Shown here: piece by piece, positions 9,789-20,179 of the stretch
Layout: each line of letters starts with the position of its first letter
Numbering within the stretch: position 1 is the first letter of the stretch
Assembly: GCF_020885515.1 (NCBI RefSeq)
Contig: NZ_AP024987.1
Location: 840,001 to 872,000, forward strand
DNA: 32,000 nt
From: a cyanobacterium endosymbiont of Braarudosphaera bigelowii
GTDB lineage: Bacteria; Cyanobacteriota; Cyanobacteriia; Cyanobacteriales; Microcystaceae
Direction: 5' to 3'
Program-made: the position numbers and the translations under genes
Notes under the pieces: model-generated
Seen by the model: only the letters and a program-made list of their open reading frames with translations
Databases searched by the model: none
What the model was told of the DNA's origin: nothing

Positions 9789-10085
9789 TACTGATCTCCA
9801 TTTCCTATTTTAATAATAACGAATTTTTGTTAATCATCTCCATTTCTCATAATAAATAATCAATACAGTGGCTATTACTCATAATGTAAAAAGTGATTAA
9901 TATAAAGATTATTTGCTTTTTCAGTATTATAGAAGTAATAGGTCAGTGAAAACCTGACTATTTATATTTATTTTGGTTATCATAAATTACTTAAAGTTAT
10001 TATGAATAAAGACTATTAACTTTGATATCAAATCTATTCATAAATCATGTTGGTTTCACTTACAAAGATTCTAAACTAGGTATTT

Positions 10086-10119
10086 GTAATAAAAATTTCA
10101 ATTTTTTAATTTTTATTAC
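10086..10119 (-). terminator. Candidate terminator overlapping the 3' end of lpdA
   Basis: GTAATAAAAATT (10086-10097) and AATTTTTATTAC (10108-10119) form a perfect 12-bp stem with a 10-nt loop. The hairpin overlaps the stop codon region. Confidence 0.45.
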
Positions 10120-11548
10120 TTACTGTTAAAGCTTTTTTATAAGCATCATCTAAAACTTCAGAAAGGGTTGGATGAGTATGTATATTAAATGCTAAGTTTT
10201 GTACAGTTTGATGTTGGCCAATGGAGTTAGCAGCCTCTTGAATGAGGTCAGAAGCATGAGGACCAATAATATGTACTCCTAGCAGTTCTCCACTATCCTT
10301 TCTAAAGATAACCTTCACAAAACCATCAGCTTCTCCTTCTGCAAGCGCTTTAGAATTTCCCTTAAAATAAGCTTTAACTGAAGTAATTTCAAAATTTTCT
10401 AACTTACCTAACTCTCTTGCTGCAGATTCCGTAAGTCCTACATAACTAATTTCGGGTTCAGTAAAGGTAGCTGCTGGTATACTTCGGTAATCTATTTCCA
10501 TACTACGTCCACAAATATTTTCAACAGCAATAACTCCTTGGCCGGATGCTACATGAGCTAACATCATCTTGCCAGTTACATCTCCTATTGACCATATATG
10601 AGGAATAACTTGGCCATTATTTATCACTTGCATTTTATTGTTAATAGGAATAAATCCTTTTTCTAACTCAATACCAACGTTATCTAATCCAAGATTGCTA
10701 GTCGTAGGAATACGACCTGTAGCGACTAGACAGGAATCAACTTCTAAAATATCTACTATTTGTTTAGTTTTAACATCTGTTAGTTCAATGACAACAGGTT
10801 TACCTGGAATTATTTTACTTGCGAAAACACCAGAATAGGTTTCAATGTTGCGAGAGTCAATTAATTTTCGTTGAGCAAACTTAGAAATTTCAGTATCAAA
10901 GCCAGGAATCAAATTGTCTAATGCTTCTACTATAGTAACTTCACAACCTAATGCGGTATAAATATCAGAAAATTCCAGTCCAATATAACCGCTACCAATA
11001 ATAGCAATCCATTCCGGTAACTGTTTCAATTTTACTGCCTCGTCACTTGTAAAAACAGTATCATGATCAATTTCTATTCCAGGAGGAACAAAAGGACTTG
11101 AACCAGGAGATAATATAATATTTTTTGCTGTAATTTTTTGTTCACTATTATTTGTTAGAACGTTAACTGTTTGGTTATCAATAATTTTTCCTTGACCATA
11201 TATGATTTCTACTTTTAAATGCTTAAGACTGTTTGTGAGATCTTGACGGATTTTATTTACTAAATTTGTTGCATGATCAGCGATTTTTTCCCTATCAAAT
11301 TTTACTTCGTCAACCTGAATTCCCAATTTTTGAAGATGATTAAGATTTTGTAATTCTCTTACTTTTTTTGCTGTTGCTAACAAGGCTTTTGAAGGAATAC
11401 ATCCACGGTTAACACAGGTACCACCTATATCATTCATTTCTATTAAAACAGTCTTTAAACCACACTTAACTCCATGCACAGCAGCTGCATGTCCCCCCAC
11501 TCCTCCACCGATAATAATTAAATCATAATCAAAATCTTTTTTATTCAT
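10106..11548 (-). CDS. lpdA: Dihydrolipoyl dehydrogenase
   Basis: FAD-binding GGGVGGHAAAVHGVKCGL, redox disulfide GGTCVNRGCIPSKALL, NAD domain IAIIGSGYIGLEFSDIYTALG, C-terminal HTHPTLSEVLDDAYK. Confidence 0.95.
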   Translation of the reverse strand: MNKKDFDYDLIIIGGGVGGHAAAVHGVKCGLKTVLIEMNDIGGTCVNRGCIPSKALLATAKKVRELQNLNHLQKLGIQVDEVKFDREKIADHATNLVNKIRQDLTNSLKHLKVEIIYGQGKIIDNQTVNVLTNNSEQKITAKNIILSPGSSPFVPPGIEIDHDTVFTSDEAVKLKQLPEWIAIIGSGYIGLEFSDIYTALGCEVTIVEALDNLIPGFDTEISKFAQRKLIDSRNIETYSGVFASKIIPGKPVVIELTDVKTKQIVDILEVDSCLVATGRIPTTSNLGLDNVGIELEKGFIPINNKMQVINNGQVIPHIWSIGDVTGKMMLAHVASGQGVIAVENICGRSMEIDYRSIPAATFTEPEISYVGLTESAARELGKLENFEITSVKAYFKGNSKALAEGEADGFVKVIFRKDSGELLGVHIIGPHASDLIQEAANSIGQHQTVQNLAFNIHTHPTLSEVLDDAYKKALTVSNKN

Positions 11549-11944
11549 AGTTTTCTTTATTATATTTAAATTATTTTATTTTACTTAAAATATATACTTT
11601 GATGATAAATCTTTTTCAAAAAAAGGTGTTTATAGAAGATTGTGAAGCAGTTTTGTAAGTACAAATCATCTAAACAAGAATAACTATCAATTAAAAAGTA
11701 TGGGAAATCTACAATATTATTTTTTGAATTCAGATAATAAAGTTACAGATAATTTGTTTATAGCAATTAGTTAAAGTATAAGAATTTAGGAGTAATTTAG
11801 CTACTCTGTGAAAGAACCTTAAAAAATAAAAAACATTGTTTTCTAGGGCTTTTAAAACTATATAAGTTTAAAACTTTGATAAATAAACTTTTAATATTAA
11901 TTTCTGCAGATTGATAATAACTGTAAAATTTATACATGACTAGA

Positions 11945-12017
11945 CGAATACGGAGGGATTCGAACCCCCGACACCCAGGACCGGAACCTGGTGCTCTATC
12001 CACTGAGCTACGTATCC
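11945..12017 (-). tRNA. tRNA-Arg (anticodon CCG)
   Basis: The reverse complement GGATACGTAGCTCAGTGGATAGAGCACCAGGTTCCGGTCCTGGGTGTCGGGGGTTCGAATCCCTCCGTATTCG folds as a full cloverleaf. The anticodon loop TTCCGGT gives CCG; 3' CCA is not encoded. Confidence 0.95.
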
Positions 12018-12222
12018 AGCCATATTATACTAACATAGTTTATTCAGCTAATATCAATTGCATTAAATATATTAAAAAAAAAAATTAAAATCCTAAATTT
12101 GTATATAATTTTGTATTTTTAATATTGATTTCGATATGATTCAGATAGTAATAAATCTGATCAGATATTTAAAAAGCTGAGATGATAAAAATTTGCTATG
12201 AATTAAGGATCAAAACTCTCCT

Positions 12223-13218
12223 GTGAGCCATACTTCACCAATATTAATGCCACATCTTACAATGTCGTCATCGTCAGACAATAATCGTCTAAGACTTTTT
12301 TGTGGATCGTCTAACATTGCTCTAGCCCAAGAAATTGCTAGTTATCTAGGAATGGACATTGGACCTATGGTTCGTAAGCGATTCGCCGATGGTGAATTAT
12401 ACGTCCAAATTCAAGAATCAATTCGAGGATGCGATGTTTATTTAATACAACCTTGTTGTAACCCTGTTAATGATCATTTTATGGAGTTACTAATTATGAT
12501 TGATGCTTGTCGAAGAGCATCTGCGCGTCAGATTACCGCTGTAATCCCTTACTATGGTTATGCTAGAGCCGATAGAAAAACAGCGGGACGTGAATCTATC
12601 ACAGCAAAACTGGTAGCTAATCTAATAACAGAAGCAGGTGCTCATCGAGTTTTATCTATGGATTTACATTCTGCCCAAATACAAGGTTACTTTGATATAC
12701 CTTTTGATCATATATATAGTACCCCAGTATTATTGGACTATTTTTCTACAAAGGATTTATCTGATCTTGTAATTGTTTCTCCAGATGTTGGAGGTGTTGC
12801 TAGAGCCAGAGCATTTGCTAAAAAACTTGATGACGCTCCATTAGCAATCATCGATAAACGTCGCCAATCTCATAATGTAGCTGAAGTTATGAATATTATT
12901 GGGGACGTTAAAGATAAAACAGCTGTTTTAGTTGATGACATGATTGATACAGCCGGAACAATTACGAAGGGAGCAAATTTACTTCGAGAAGAGGGTGCGA
13001 GAAGAGTTTATGCCTGTGCTACTCATGCTGTATTTTCTGGTCCCGCTATTTCTCGACTTTCAAGTGGTGTTCTAGAGGAAGTAATAGTTACAAATACGAT
13101 TCCAATTCCTGAGGAAAATTGTTTTGAACAGCTTACTGTACTATCTGTAGCTAACTTATTAGGAGAAGCTATTTGGCGTGTTCATGAAGATACATCTGTA
13201 AGCAGTATGTTTCGTTAA
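12223..13218 (+). CDS. prs: Ribose-phosphate pyrophosphokinase
   Basis: RKRFADGELYVQIQESIRGCDVYLIQP, YYGYARADRK, HSAQIQGYFDIPFDHIY, SPDVGGVARARAFAK, PRPP loop VLVDDMIDTAGTI. GTG start. Confidence 0.95.
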   Translation: MSHTSPILMPHLTMSSSSDNNRLRLFCGSSNIALAQEIASYLGMDIGPMVRKRFADGELYVQIQESIRGCDVYLIQPCCNPVNDHFMELLIMIDACRRASARQITAVIPYYGYARADRKTAGRESITAKLVANLITEAGAHRVLSMDLHSAQIQGYFDIPFDHIYSTPVLLDYFSTKDLSDLVIVSPDVGGVARARAFAKKLDDAPLAIIDKRRQSHNVAEVMNIIGDVKDKTAVLVDDMIDTAGTITKGANLLREEGARRVYACATHAVFSGPAISRLSSGVLEEVIVTNTIPIPEENCFEQLTVLSVANLLGEAIWRVHEDTSVSSMFR

Positions 13219-13235
13219 ATTAGATCTTCAAGTGT

Positions 13236-13282
13236 TCTTTAATAATTCTAACTTTTATTCATAAGGTTAGAATTATTAAAGA
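13236..13282 (+). terminator. Terminator-like hairpin downstream of prs
   Basis: TCTTTAATAATTCTAAC (13236-13252) and GTTAGAATTATTAAAGA (13266-13282) form a perfect 17-bp stem, 18 nt after the stop. Confidence 0.7.
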
Positions 13283-13499
13283 TATAAAATATTACTGAAC
13301 GAAGCCTTATTTGATTCTATGGATATGGTCACAAATTAATTAATTTTTAATGAAAAAAAGAAATAGTTAAATTCTTAATATCTTAAGGATGAAATATATT
13401 TAATTAATAATTTTAAATGAAGAAATAAGCATGAGCTTAGCACATAACAATTCTTACAACTAAAATTATTGGTGGTAAATTTTCTAATAATTAGAATTA

Positions 13500-13537
13500 T
13501 ATTCTATAGGGAAAATATAGAATTTCCCTATAGAATA
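13500..13537 (-). terminator. Terminator-like hairpin at the 3' end of the minus-strand small-membrane-protein/TPR cluster
   Basis: TATTCTATAGGGAAA (13500-13514) and TTTCCCTATAGAATA (13523-13537) form a perfect 15-bp stem with an 8-nt loop, 3 nt beyond the stop. Confidence 0.65.
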
Positions 13538-13540
13538 CAG

Positions 13541-13792
13541 TCATTGCATTTTCATATCTTTAAGTAAAAATGGCATTATTATTCCTGTAAAGACACTAGA
13601 AACGATAAGGGCCATGGTAAAGTTTAAGCCCACTTCTTGAGAGCCAATTAATATTAACAATCCTTCTAGTCCAACTAGTATAAAAGATCCTAATAAGATT
13701 CCAAAAACTAATTGTCTGTAAACATAAAGAGGATCACGTAACAATTTACCTTTGAAGAATAATTTTGCTGAGTACCAAACTAAATTAAACAT
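13541..13792 (-). CDS. Small cyanobacterial membrane protein, function unknown (83 aa)
   Basis: Two predicted hydrophobic segments (LVFGILLGSFILVGLEGLLILIG; FTMALIVSSVFTGIIMPFLL). Closely spaced with the next minus-strand ORF. Confidence 0.65.
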   Translation of the reverse strand: MFNLVWYSAKLFFKGKLLRDPLYVYRQLVFGILLGSFILVGLEGLLILIGSQEVGLNFTMALIVSSVFTGIIMPFLLKDMKMQ

Positions 13793-13803
13793 ATGTTAAG
13801 CTC

Positions 13804-14073
13804 CTAAATAAATTTAAGAATAATTAAACCAATAATAGCAACAGGAATACCCCCAGCTGGACCTAACAAACCTCCAAGAATACCTGCTAGCTCATATCCC
13901 AAGTCTTTTCCAGCCAAAATAATACCACCAATAGCACCTGAAATGGTTGAAAATAATGCAGCGACAAACAACCAAAAAAATCCACTAATTAGAGTTATAT
14001 CTCCATTCGTTAAGTTAAACAAAAAAGTTTTGACTATAGGGCTAACATTTAGGTGCTCAATAAACACGTTCAT
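13804..14073 (-). CDS. Small Gly-rich membrane protein, function unknown (89 aa)
   Basis: Hydrophobic, glycine-rich segments (SGFFWLFVAALFSTISGAIGGIILAG; LAGILGGLLGPAGGIPVAIIGLIIL). 11-nt gap to the downstream ORF on the same strand. Confidence 0.65.
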   Translation of the reverse strand: MNVFIEHLNVSPIVKTFLFNLTNGDITLISGFFWLFVAALFSTISGAIGGIILAGKDLGYELAGILGGLLGPAGGIPVAIIGLIILKFI

Positions 14074-14128
14074 ATTGAAAATCCTCCTAGATATAGTTTA
14101 TGTTTATTATTTCTAATAATTTATAAAA

Positions 14129-15106
14129 TTATTGAGAAGAGGCCAACAACTCTTTTTGGACGTTTTGTAACATATTATTCATAATATGTGCCTGCTCTAG
14201 TTGTTTGTGATCAGTAAAAATTGCATATGCTTCTTGACAATATTTTTGGCATCTTTTTAAGTTATTGAAATTTCTTACCTTAGAATGTTCAATATTGTCT
14301 GGCAAGTTAAACAAAACATTAGCTTTATTGGCAATAGTATTAGCATACTCCAAAGGTGTATCGTTAGCCGTTCTAACTTTTAAAGCTTCGTCGTATGCTT
14401 TTAAAGCTTTTAAATTATTTTCTATAGGATGAGAAGTAGGCAGATACTGTAGTGTATTTGCTAAGTTATTTTGTAACATAGCATATTCACTAGGGTAGTT
14501 CGTAATCGTAATCCATTTTAATGCTGATTGAAAAGACTGTACTGCAACTCCATATCTAATTTTTTCTTTATCCGGTCCTATAGGTAAAGATAAATAAGCG
14601 ATTGCAATATTATTCTGTAGGATAGCAAATTCTTGAGGGTAGTTTTCACCAGTAAAGATTTTTGTTGCTTTATAATATATTTGTATAGCTTCCTGTATGG
14701 TAGCTTTATTGAAAGCTACTAAACTTTGTAAAACAATTCCTAAATTCATTTGTGTTTCAGCAATTTCTGGAGGGGAAGCATATTTTTCTAAAATAGGTAA
14801 GGCCTCTTGATAAGAGCTCCTTGATTCTAGTAATAAGTTTTCTCCATTATCAGGAATAGAACGTAAAGCTGTTCCTATACCTGAAAGACATCTTGCCTTA
14901 AGTAGTAACGTATCATGAGTATTTAACTCTAGCCCTTTACGATAAAGAAAAATAGAGTTTTGAATTTGTTCAACTGTTCTTGCTTGGCTTTGTAGCCTAG
15001 TTGCCATCTCTATTAGCATTTCGATTTTTTCTGATGTTGTAGCTACTTCAGATTCAATGGCTTTTAAAGCAGCTTTAACGTTAGCATTACTAAAAGTAAG
15101 TGTCAC
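14129..15106 (-). CDS. Tetratricopeptide-repeat protein
   Basis: Helical repeats with periodic ALxxxG/AxxNLxxxL patterns (DTLLLKARCLSGIGTALRSI; AETQMNLGIVLQSLVAFNKATIQEAIQIYYKATKIF; EYAMLQNNLANTLQYLP; YANTIANKANVLFNL). Confidence 0.75.
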   Translation of the reverse strand: MTLTFSNANVKAALKAIESEVATTSEKIEMLIEMATRLQSQARTVEQIQNSIFLYRKGLELNTHDTLLLKARCLSGIGTALRSIPDNGENLLLESRSSYQEALPILEKYASPPEIAETQMNLGIVLQSLVAFNKATIQEAIQIYYKATKIFTGENYPQEFAILQNNIAIAYLSLPIGPDKEKIRYGVAVQSFQSALKWITITNYPSEYAMLQNNLANTLQYLPTSHPIENNLKALKAYDEALKVRTANDTPLEYANTIANKANVLFNLPDNIEHSKVRNFNNLKRCQKYCQEAYAIFTDHKQLEQAHIMNNMLQNVQKELLASSQ

Positions 15107-15721
15107 AATATTAGTAGTTAGTAGTGTAAAATTAATAAAGAAGTATATACAAAAGTTAACTTCTGTAATTAGACTTAAGCATCTTAATGCTTAGTTCTTT
15201 AAATATATTTGAATATATATTCTTATTGAATCAAAAAAAAATTATTTTACTAAACTTCCTTGGTATTTTTTAATAAATCTGTTTTGATTATTTTTATTTA
15301 ATAAAATCAGGACTACTGCTAAAAAGTCATGGTTAGTCATTTAGTCCTAACTTACTTAAAGTAGAATGCACTATAATACACATTTATAGCTTAGGGGAAA
15401 TACTATTGTTATTCGTTTAGAAATAATGCTATAAATATTGATATAAGAACAAAAAAATCCTAAGAATCTCTAACCAAAATAACTTATTTATGTTTGCGAA
15501 TAAAATCGATATATTTTACCCGGCTTATTCATGACAAGAGATTATTTACTAATAAACATAAGATTTAAAGAATGTTTAACTAAAAGAATTCTTACTGTCT
15601 GAAAAAATAAATATCAGCCGGGATTTTATTAAATATATGGAATATAAATGACCATATCATTACTGAGATTAAGGTAACAAAGAATGACACGATATTGATA
15701 TCAATAGTACTTCACTGCCAT

Positions 15722-15946
15722 CTATTTATCTGATAAGATTTCTAATTGATCTATACGCAACCAAACACTAGGAGCTGGCGCTGAAAATTGAATTAAAGCA
15801 TATTCATCGTTTAGGTCTAATATCTCGCCTTTTGTTTCAAATAAATAGCTTGGGAAACGTTTATCGCTGGCCTTCCCTTCCAAGCTATTTTCTAAACTTT
15901 CTTTAATTACGCGAATCAACATACCTTTCTTAATTTGAGCTGCCAT
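15722..15946 (-). CDS. ndhO: NAD(P)H-quinone oxidoreductase subunit O
   Basis: 74-aa protein MAAQIKKGMLIRVIKESLENSLEGKASDKRFPSYLFETKGEILDLNDEYALIQFSAPAPSVWLRIDQLE matches the cyanobacterial NdhO pattern. Confidence 0.88.
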   Translation of the reverse strand: MAAQIKKGMLIRVIKESLENSLEGKASDKRFPSYLFETKGEILDLNDEYALIQFSAPAPSVWLRIDQLEILSDK

Positions 15947-16197
15947 AACTAATTACTAACTTTAAAACTTATTCTCTAATTTTTATTCTAACAAATAATG
16001 GGTGGTTAATAGATTGTGAACAATGTTTTATTTAAGTCAATAAAGAAAAACTCTATTTAAAGAGAGAAATATTCCGTAAATTAAGATTAGTTACTTTAGG
16101 TCAAATAAGAAAAAACTAATCACGAACTGTTACCATGATCATTAATCCTGATATTAATAGTTTTAAAGGAAAATTGTTAAGGAATTAGTTAAGAACT

Positions 16198-17382
16198 ATG
16201 AAAATTACACGACTTTTACTCAATATAAAAAATTATTGCATAATACTTTTATTTACCATAATTTTTTGTTTTTTTAGTTTTCACAATTCAGTCTCTAAAG
16301 CTGAACCTGCAAACATATCAGAAAAGGTGTCTACCTACAATAATAAAACCGAGCCAACAGATAACTTTGTATCGGCTGCGGTTATTCGTACTGGTCCAGC
16401 AGTAGTTCGTATTGATACTGAAACTCTTGTTACGAGACAACTCAATCCATTCTTTGATGATCCATTATTTCGTGATTTTTTTCAACATCAGTTAAGACCT
16501 CCTATCCCACAGGAACGTAGAATCACAGGACAGGGATCGGGATTCATAATTGATAAAGGTGGCATTATCTTAACGAATGCCCATGTAGTAAGTAATGCCG
16601 ATAAAGTAACTGTAACTCTTAAAGATGGACGTACTTTCAATGGAAAAGTTAAAGGTACTGATGAGGTGACTGACTTAGCTGTAGTAGGTATTGATCCTCA
16701 AGGAAGCAATCTACCTGTCGCAAAATTAGGAGATTCTAAAAATCTTCAAGTTGGTGATTGGGCAATTGCTGTAGGAAATCCTGTAGGTTTAGATAATACG
16801 GTTACGTTGGGTATTATTAGTACTATTGGTCGCTCTGCAGCTCAAGCTGGTATCCCTGACAAACGTCTTGATTTTATTCAAACGGACGCTGCAATAAATC
16901 CTGGAAATTCTGGAGGCCCTTTATTGAATAAATTAGGAGAAGTGATTGGCATAAATACTGCGATTCGTGCTGATGCAATGGGTATTGGTTTTGCTATTCC
17001 AATCAATAAAGCAAAAACTTTACAAAAAGCTTTAACGTCTGGTCAACAAGTTCCTCATCCATACATTGGCGTGCAAATGGTTAATATTACTCCTGAGCTC
17101 GCTAGAGAAAACAATAGAAATCCGAATTCTCCGATTATTATTGCTGAAGTTGATGGTATTTTAGTTATCAAGGTAATTCCTGATAGTCCAGCTGCAATAG
17201 CACGATTGCGCCGTGGTGATGTAATCGTAGCTGTTAACAATCAACCAGTTAAGGATGGAGGAGATTTACAAAGAATTGTTGAAGAGACTCAAATTAATAC
17301 TAACTTAAAACTTAAGTTATATCGTGGTGATCGTTTAATGGAGTTGACTGTTAAAACTAAACAATTAAGGGGAACATCATAG
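16198..17382 (+). CDS. HtrA/Deg-family serine protease with trypsin-like and PDZ domains (HhoA/HhoB/HtrA type)
   Basis: Signal peptide, catalytic triad contexts ILTNAHVV, TDLAVVGI, INPGNSGGPLLN, and a C-terminal PDZ domain (IIVIKVIPDSPAAIARLRRGDVIVAVNNQPV type). Confidence 0.93.
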   Translation: MKITRLLLNIKNYCIILLFTIIFCFFSFHNSVSKAEPANISEKVSTYNNKTEPTDNFVSAAVIRTGPAVVRIDTETLVTRQLNPFFDDPLFRDFFQHQLRPPIPQERRITGQGSGFIIDKGGIILTNAHVVSNADKVTVTLKDGRTFNGKVKGTDEVTDLAVVGIDPQGSNLPVAKLGDSKNLQVGDWAIAVGNPVGLDNTVTLGIISTIGRSAAQAGIPDKRLDFIQTDAAINPGNSGGPLLNKLGEVIGINTAIRADAMGIGFAIPINKAKTLQKALTSGQQVPHPYIGVQMVNITPELARENNRNPNSPIIIAEVDGILVIKVIPDSPAAIARLRRGDVIVAVNNQPVKDGGDLQRIVEETQINTNLKLKLYRGDRLMELTVKTKQLRGTS

Positions 17383-17389
17383 TTAAGTA

Positions 17390-17428
17390 GAGTAAATAGT
17401 TCTTATTTAAACAATGAACTATTTACTT
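17390..17428 (+). terminator. Terminator-like hairpin after the HtrA-family gene
   Basis: AGTAAATAGTTC (17391-17402) and GAACTATTTACT (17416-17427) form a perfect 12-bp stem, extended by one G.U pair. Confidence 0.55.
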
Positions 17429-17630
17429 ATTTACAATATTAAAACCTAACATTTTTATATAAACAACTTATTACTCTTTTTTTTAAATATTGATTGATGC
17501 TTATTAAAGTTACTTGCTGATAAGATATAAAAAAGCAAGCCTGGCTACAATAATTAAAACTAGATTATTTAAAAGTAGTTAAAACTGATTTTAGATTATC
17601 TCATAATAGTATACAGTAGCTTTTCTTAAG

Positions 17631-18404
17631 TTATAGTAAATTTATTACTTTAAATAATTCAATTCCTAACAAAGATAAAGAAAAGGCTGCTAACGCACCA
17701 GCAGAAGTATTTATTATGTTAACTATATCATTAGTCATCCAACTTATTTTGTTCTGAAATTTTGCTCCAATTAAACTTTCTATATTTGTAGCGATAAAAG
17801 CAGCAACTATACAATAGAAAACTTCAGTTAAATTAATAAAATTAATAAAAAAACTAATTGATGCAATGAATACCGATGCCAGAAACCCTGCAAGAGTTCC
17901 TTCTAGACTAATTGCTCCTTCTGTACCTGGAGGTACCGGTTTTAGCGTAGTGATTAAAAAAGTGTTTTTTCCATAAACTTTTCCTAACTCAGAAGCTACC
18001 GTATCTGACAGCTTAGTACTTATGCTTGCTACATATCCTAATATAAACAATTGCGTATAAAAAGAACTGCTGAACAAGGTCCCTAAAGCACAAAAGAAAG
18101 CAGTTAGCCCTGAACCCCACACATTTTCTGGCCCTCTAACTCCCGATCTTTTTTCAGCAATTCCTGCTTTTTCCTTTTTTGATATACCGATATATGTCAC
18201 GGCTGAGCCAACTATAAAATAAGTTGCAATTACGCTATATCCTTGCCAACCTAACAACCACCAGACAGAAACTCCTAAAAACCAGGCATTTAAATATCCT
18301 GGAAAAGTTAATAATTTTTTGGGTGAAACTATAGCTATACCGAGTAATAAACTATTTAGTGTAATGCTAACAAACCAAGAGTTATCTGAATATAATGTGA
18401 TCAT
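17631..18404 (-). CDS. DUF92/TIGR00297 family membrane protein (VTE6/phytyl-phosphate kinase-like)
   Basis: Multi-TM protein with KKEKAGIAEKRSGVRGPENVWGSG, KLSDTVASELGKVYGK, TTLKPVPPGTEGAISLEGTLAG, the DUF92 signature segments. Confidence 0.82.
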   Translation of the reverse strand: MITLYSDNSWFVSITLNSLLLGIAIVSPKKLLTFPGYLNAWFLGVSVWWLLGWQGYSVIATYFIVGSAVTYIGISKKEKAGIAEKRSGVRGPENVWGSGLTAFFCALGTLFSSSFYTQLFILGYVASISTKLSDTVASELGKVYGKNTFLITTLKPVPPGTEGAISLEGTLAGFLASVFIASISFFINFINLTEVFYCIVAAFIATNIESLIGAKFQNKISWMTNDIVNIINTSAGALAAFSLSLLGIELFKVINLL

Positions 18405-18706
18405 TGTATGTAATTCCTTATTTCATAATAAATACACAGATAAACCAATTCATCCAATCTTTTGACTTTTAGTTTAATCGATAAAAAACGATTATGATAA
18501 ATTGAGCTTTAAATCATACTTAAATAATTAGATATTAATTCTGTAATAATACGGTAATTAAAAAGCTATGTACTTTGTAAAAGTAAAAAATAGTTTATGA
18601 ATTGACTAAATAACAATATTTTTTTATAAAGATATTAAATGAGATAAAATATTATTAATATAAAGAGTTTGACAATTACTTTAACTTTCAAAGGCCACTA
18701 TAAATT

Positions 18707-19063
18707 ATGACACAAGCAAATCAAACCCAGTCTAAAGGAATAAACTTGACAGAGGCAGCTCTTGAACATGTTTTAAAATTAAGAGAAAAACAAAACAAAG
18801 ACCTATGTTTACGTGTTGGAGTTAGGCAAGGAGGATGTTCTGGGATGTCCTATCTAATGGAATTTGAGAATCCTAAAAATATAGAGGAACAAGATAAAAT
18901 ATTTGATTATGACGGTTTTCAAATCGTATGTGATCCTAAAAGTTTTCTCTACCTCTATGGATTAGTTCTTGATTATAGCGATGCTATGATTGGTGGTGGA
19001 TTTGAATTTACAAATCCTAACGCTAATCAAACTTGTGGATGTGGAAAGTCTTTTGGTGTTTAA
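18707..19063 (+). CDS. Iron-sulfur cluster assembly accessory protein (IscA/SufA family, A-type carrier)
   Basis: Three conserved cysteine positions in VRQGGCSGMSYLMEF and the C-terminal NPNANQTCGCGKSF. Confidence 0.92.
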   Translation: MTQANQTQSKGINLTEAALEHVLKLREKQNKDLCLRVGVRQGGCSGMSYLMEFENPKNIEEQDKIFDYDGFQIVCDPKSFLYLYGLVLDYSDAMIGGGFEFTNPNANQTCGCGKSFGV

Positions 19064-19151
19064 GGGTAATACTTTACTGTAAGGCATAAATTTGAGATAG
19101 ATTATTTTCTATTTCTTTCTATTAATTAACAAAATTCAATGAAACTAAAAT

Positions 19152-19577
19152 ATGACAGACTTATCTAAAACTGACTTTGAGGAAGGATTGGAAAGATACA
19201 AACAAGGGGAAAAAGCTGAAGACTTAATTGTTCACTTTAAAGAAATTTGTAATCATTCTCCTAAATATGCGATTGCTTGGACTTGTCTCGCTTGGTTATA
19301 TTTACTTGTTGACAAGCCATATCAAGCTTTAAAAGCTGCTAAAAAGAGTGTTAAGATTGATAGTAAATCGCCTCAAGGTCGTATCAATCTTGCTCTAGCG
19401 ATGTTAGAATGTGATGAAAAAGGTGTTCGTTCCCATATTGAGGCGGCAAAGCAGGTAATGTCTTTAGATCAAGAGACTTATCAAGAAGTTTTAGAGAATA
19501 TAGAGGATGGCTTAAATAGAAAACCTGACTGGAAAAATCTTAAAAATATTGAAAAATGGTTATCACTAGCTAACTAA
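19152..19577 (+). CDS. Small TPR-like protein (141 aa)
   Basis: TPR-like helices: PKYAIAWTCLAWLYLLVDKPYQALKAAKKSVKIDSKSPQGRINLALAMLE. Confidence 0.7.
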   Translation: MTDLSKTDFEEGLERYKQGEKAEDLIVHFKEICNHSPKYAIAWTCLAWLYLLVDKPYQALKAAKKSVKIDSKSPQGRINLALAMLECDEKGVRSHIEAAKQVMSLDQETYQEVLENIEDGLNRKPDWKNLKNIEKWLSLAN

Positions 19578-19724
19578 CTACTCTTACTTATTGATCCTGT
19601 TTAAATGGAGTAACGTTATTATATTGTGTTTTGTATAGCTAAAAATTAAGATAATTTATTCAAAATAAAATTTCTAACTTGTTAAAAAAGTATAAAACGC
19701 AGTATAATATCGAATGAGCTTTAT

Positions 19725-19806
19725 GGGCGGATGGCGAAATTGGTAGACGCACCACACTCAAAATGTGGCGACTTTGGTTGTGGGGGTTCGAGTCCCCCTC
19801 TGCCCA
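19725..19806 (+). tRNA. tRNA-Leu (anticodon CAA)
   Basis: GGGCGGATGGCGAAATTGGTAGACGCACCACACTCAAAATGTGGCGACTTTGGTTGTGGGGGTTCGAGTCCCCCTCTGCCCA. Class II long variable arm; anticodon loop CTCAAAA gives CAA; 3' CCA is not encoded. Confidence 0.95.
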
Positions 19807-20179
19807 CTAAACAAGAAATGTATAATGTCTGGCTTTATCTATAGTAAACAGTTTATCACTTTTTACTGAGTTAGTATTCAAATGGATATAAGTGCTAGCA
19901 ATAATCTAGATACTATTTAATTAACTATTCTTTATGAATAAAATATAAATAATACATTAATTGTAAATACAATAAGCTTATAGTTATTTGATGAGCTAAA
20001 TTTTATTGCTCATAACAATTGCATTGATTTCGATAATTGGCAATTAATTAATAATTTTTTGTATAATTAAATCTCAAAAACTTATTCTAAATTTTTTTAG
20101 TGGTTCGTAATAAGATACAATCTCGAGTTGAAACTAAATTTTAGATTGCTCAATTGCAGCCGACTATTAGGTAGATTCA

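Noticed and set aside
11797-12003. 68-aa minus-strand ORF MDRAPGSGPGCRGFESLRIRL...
   Set aside because: Its N-terminal part is a translation of the tRNA-Arg(CCG) gene (11945-12017), a common false ORF; the remainder has no recognisable domain.
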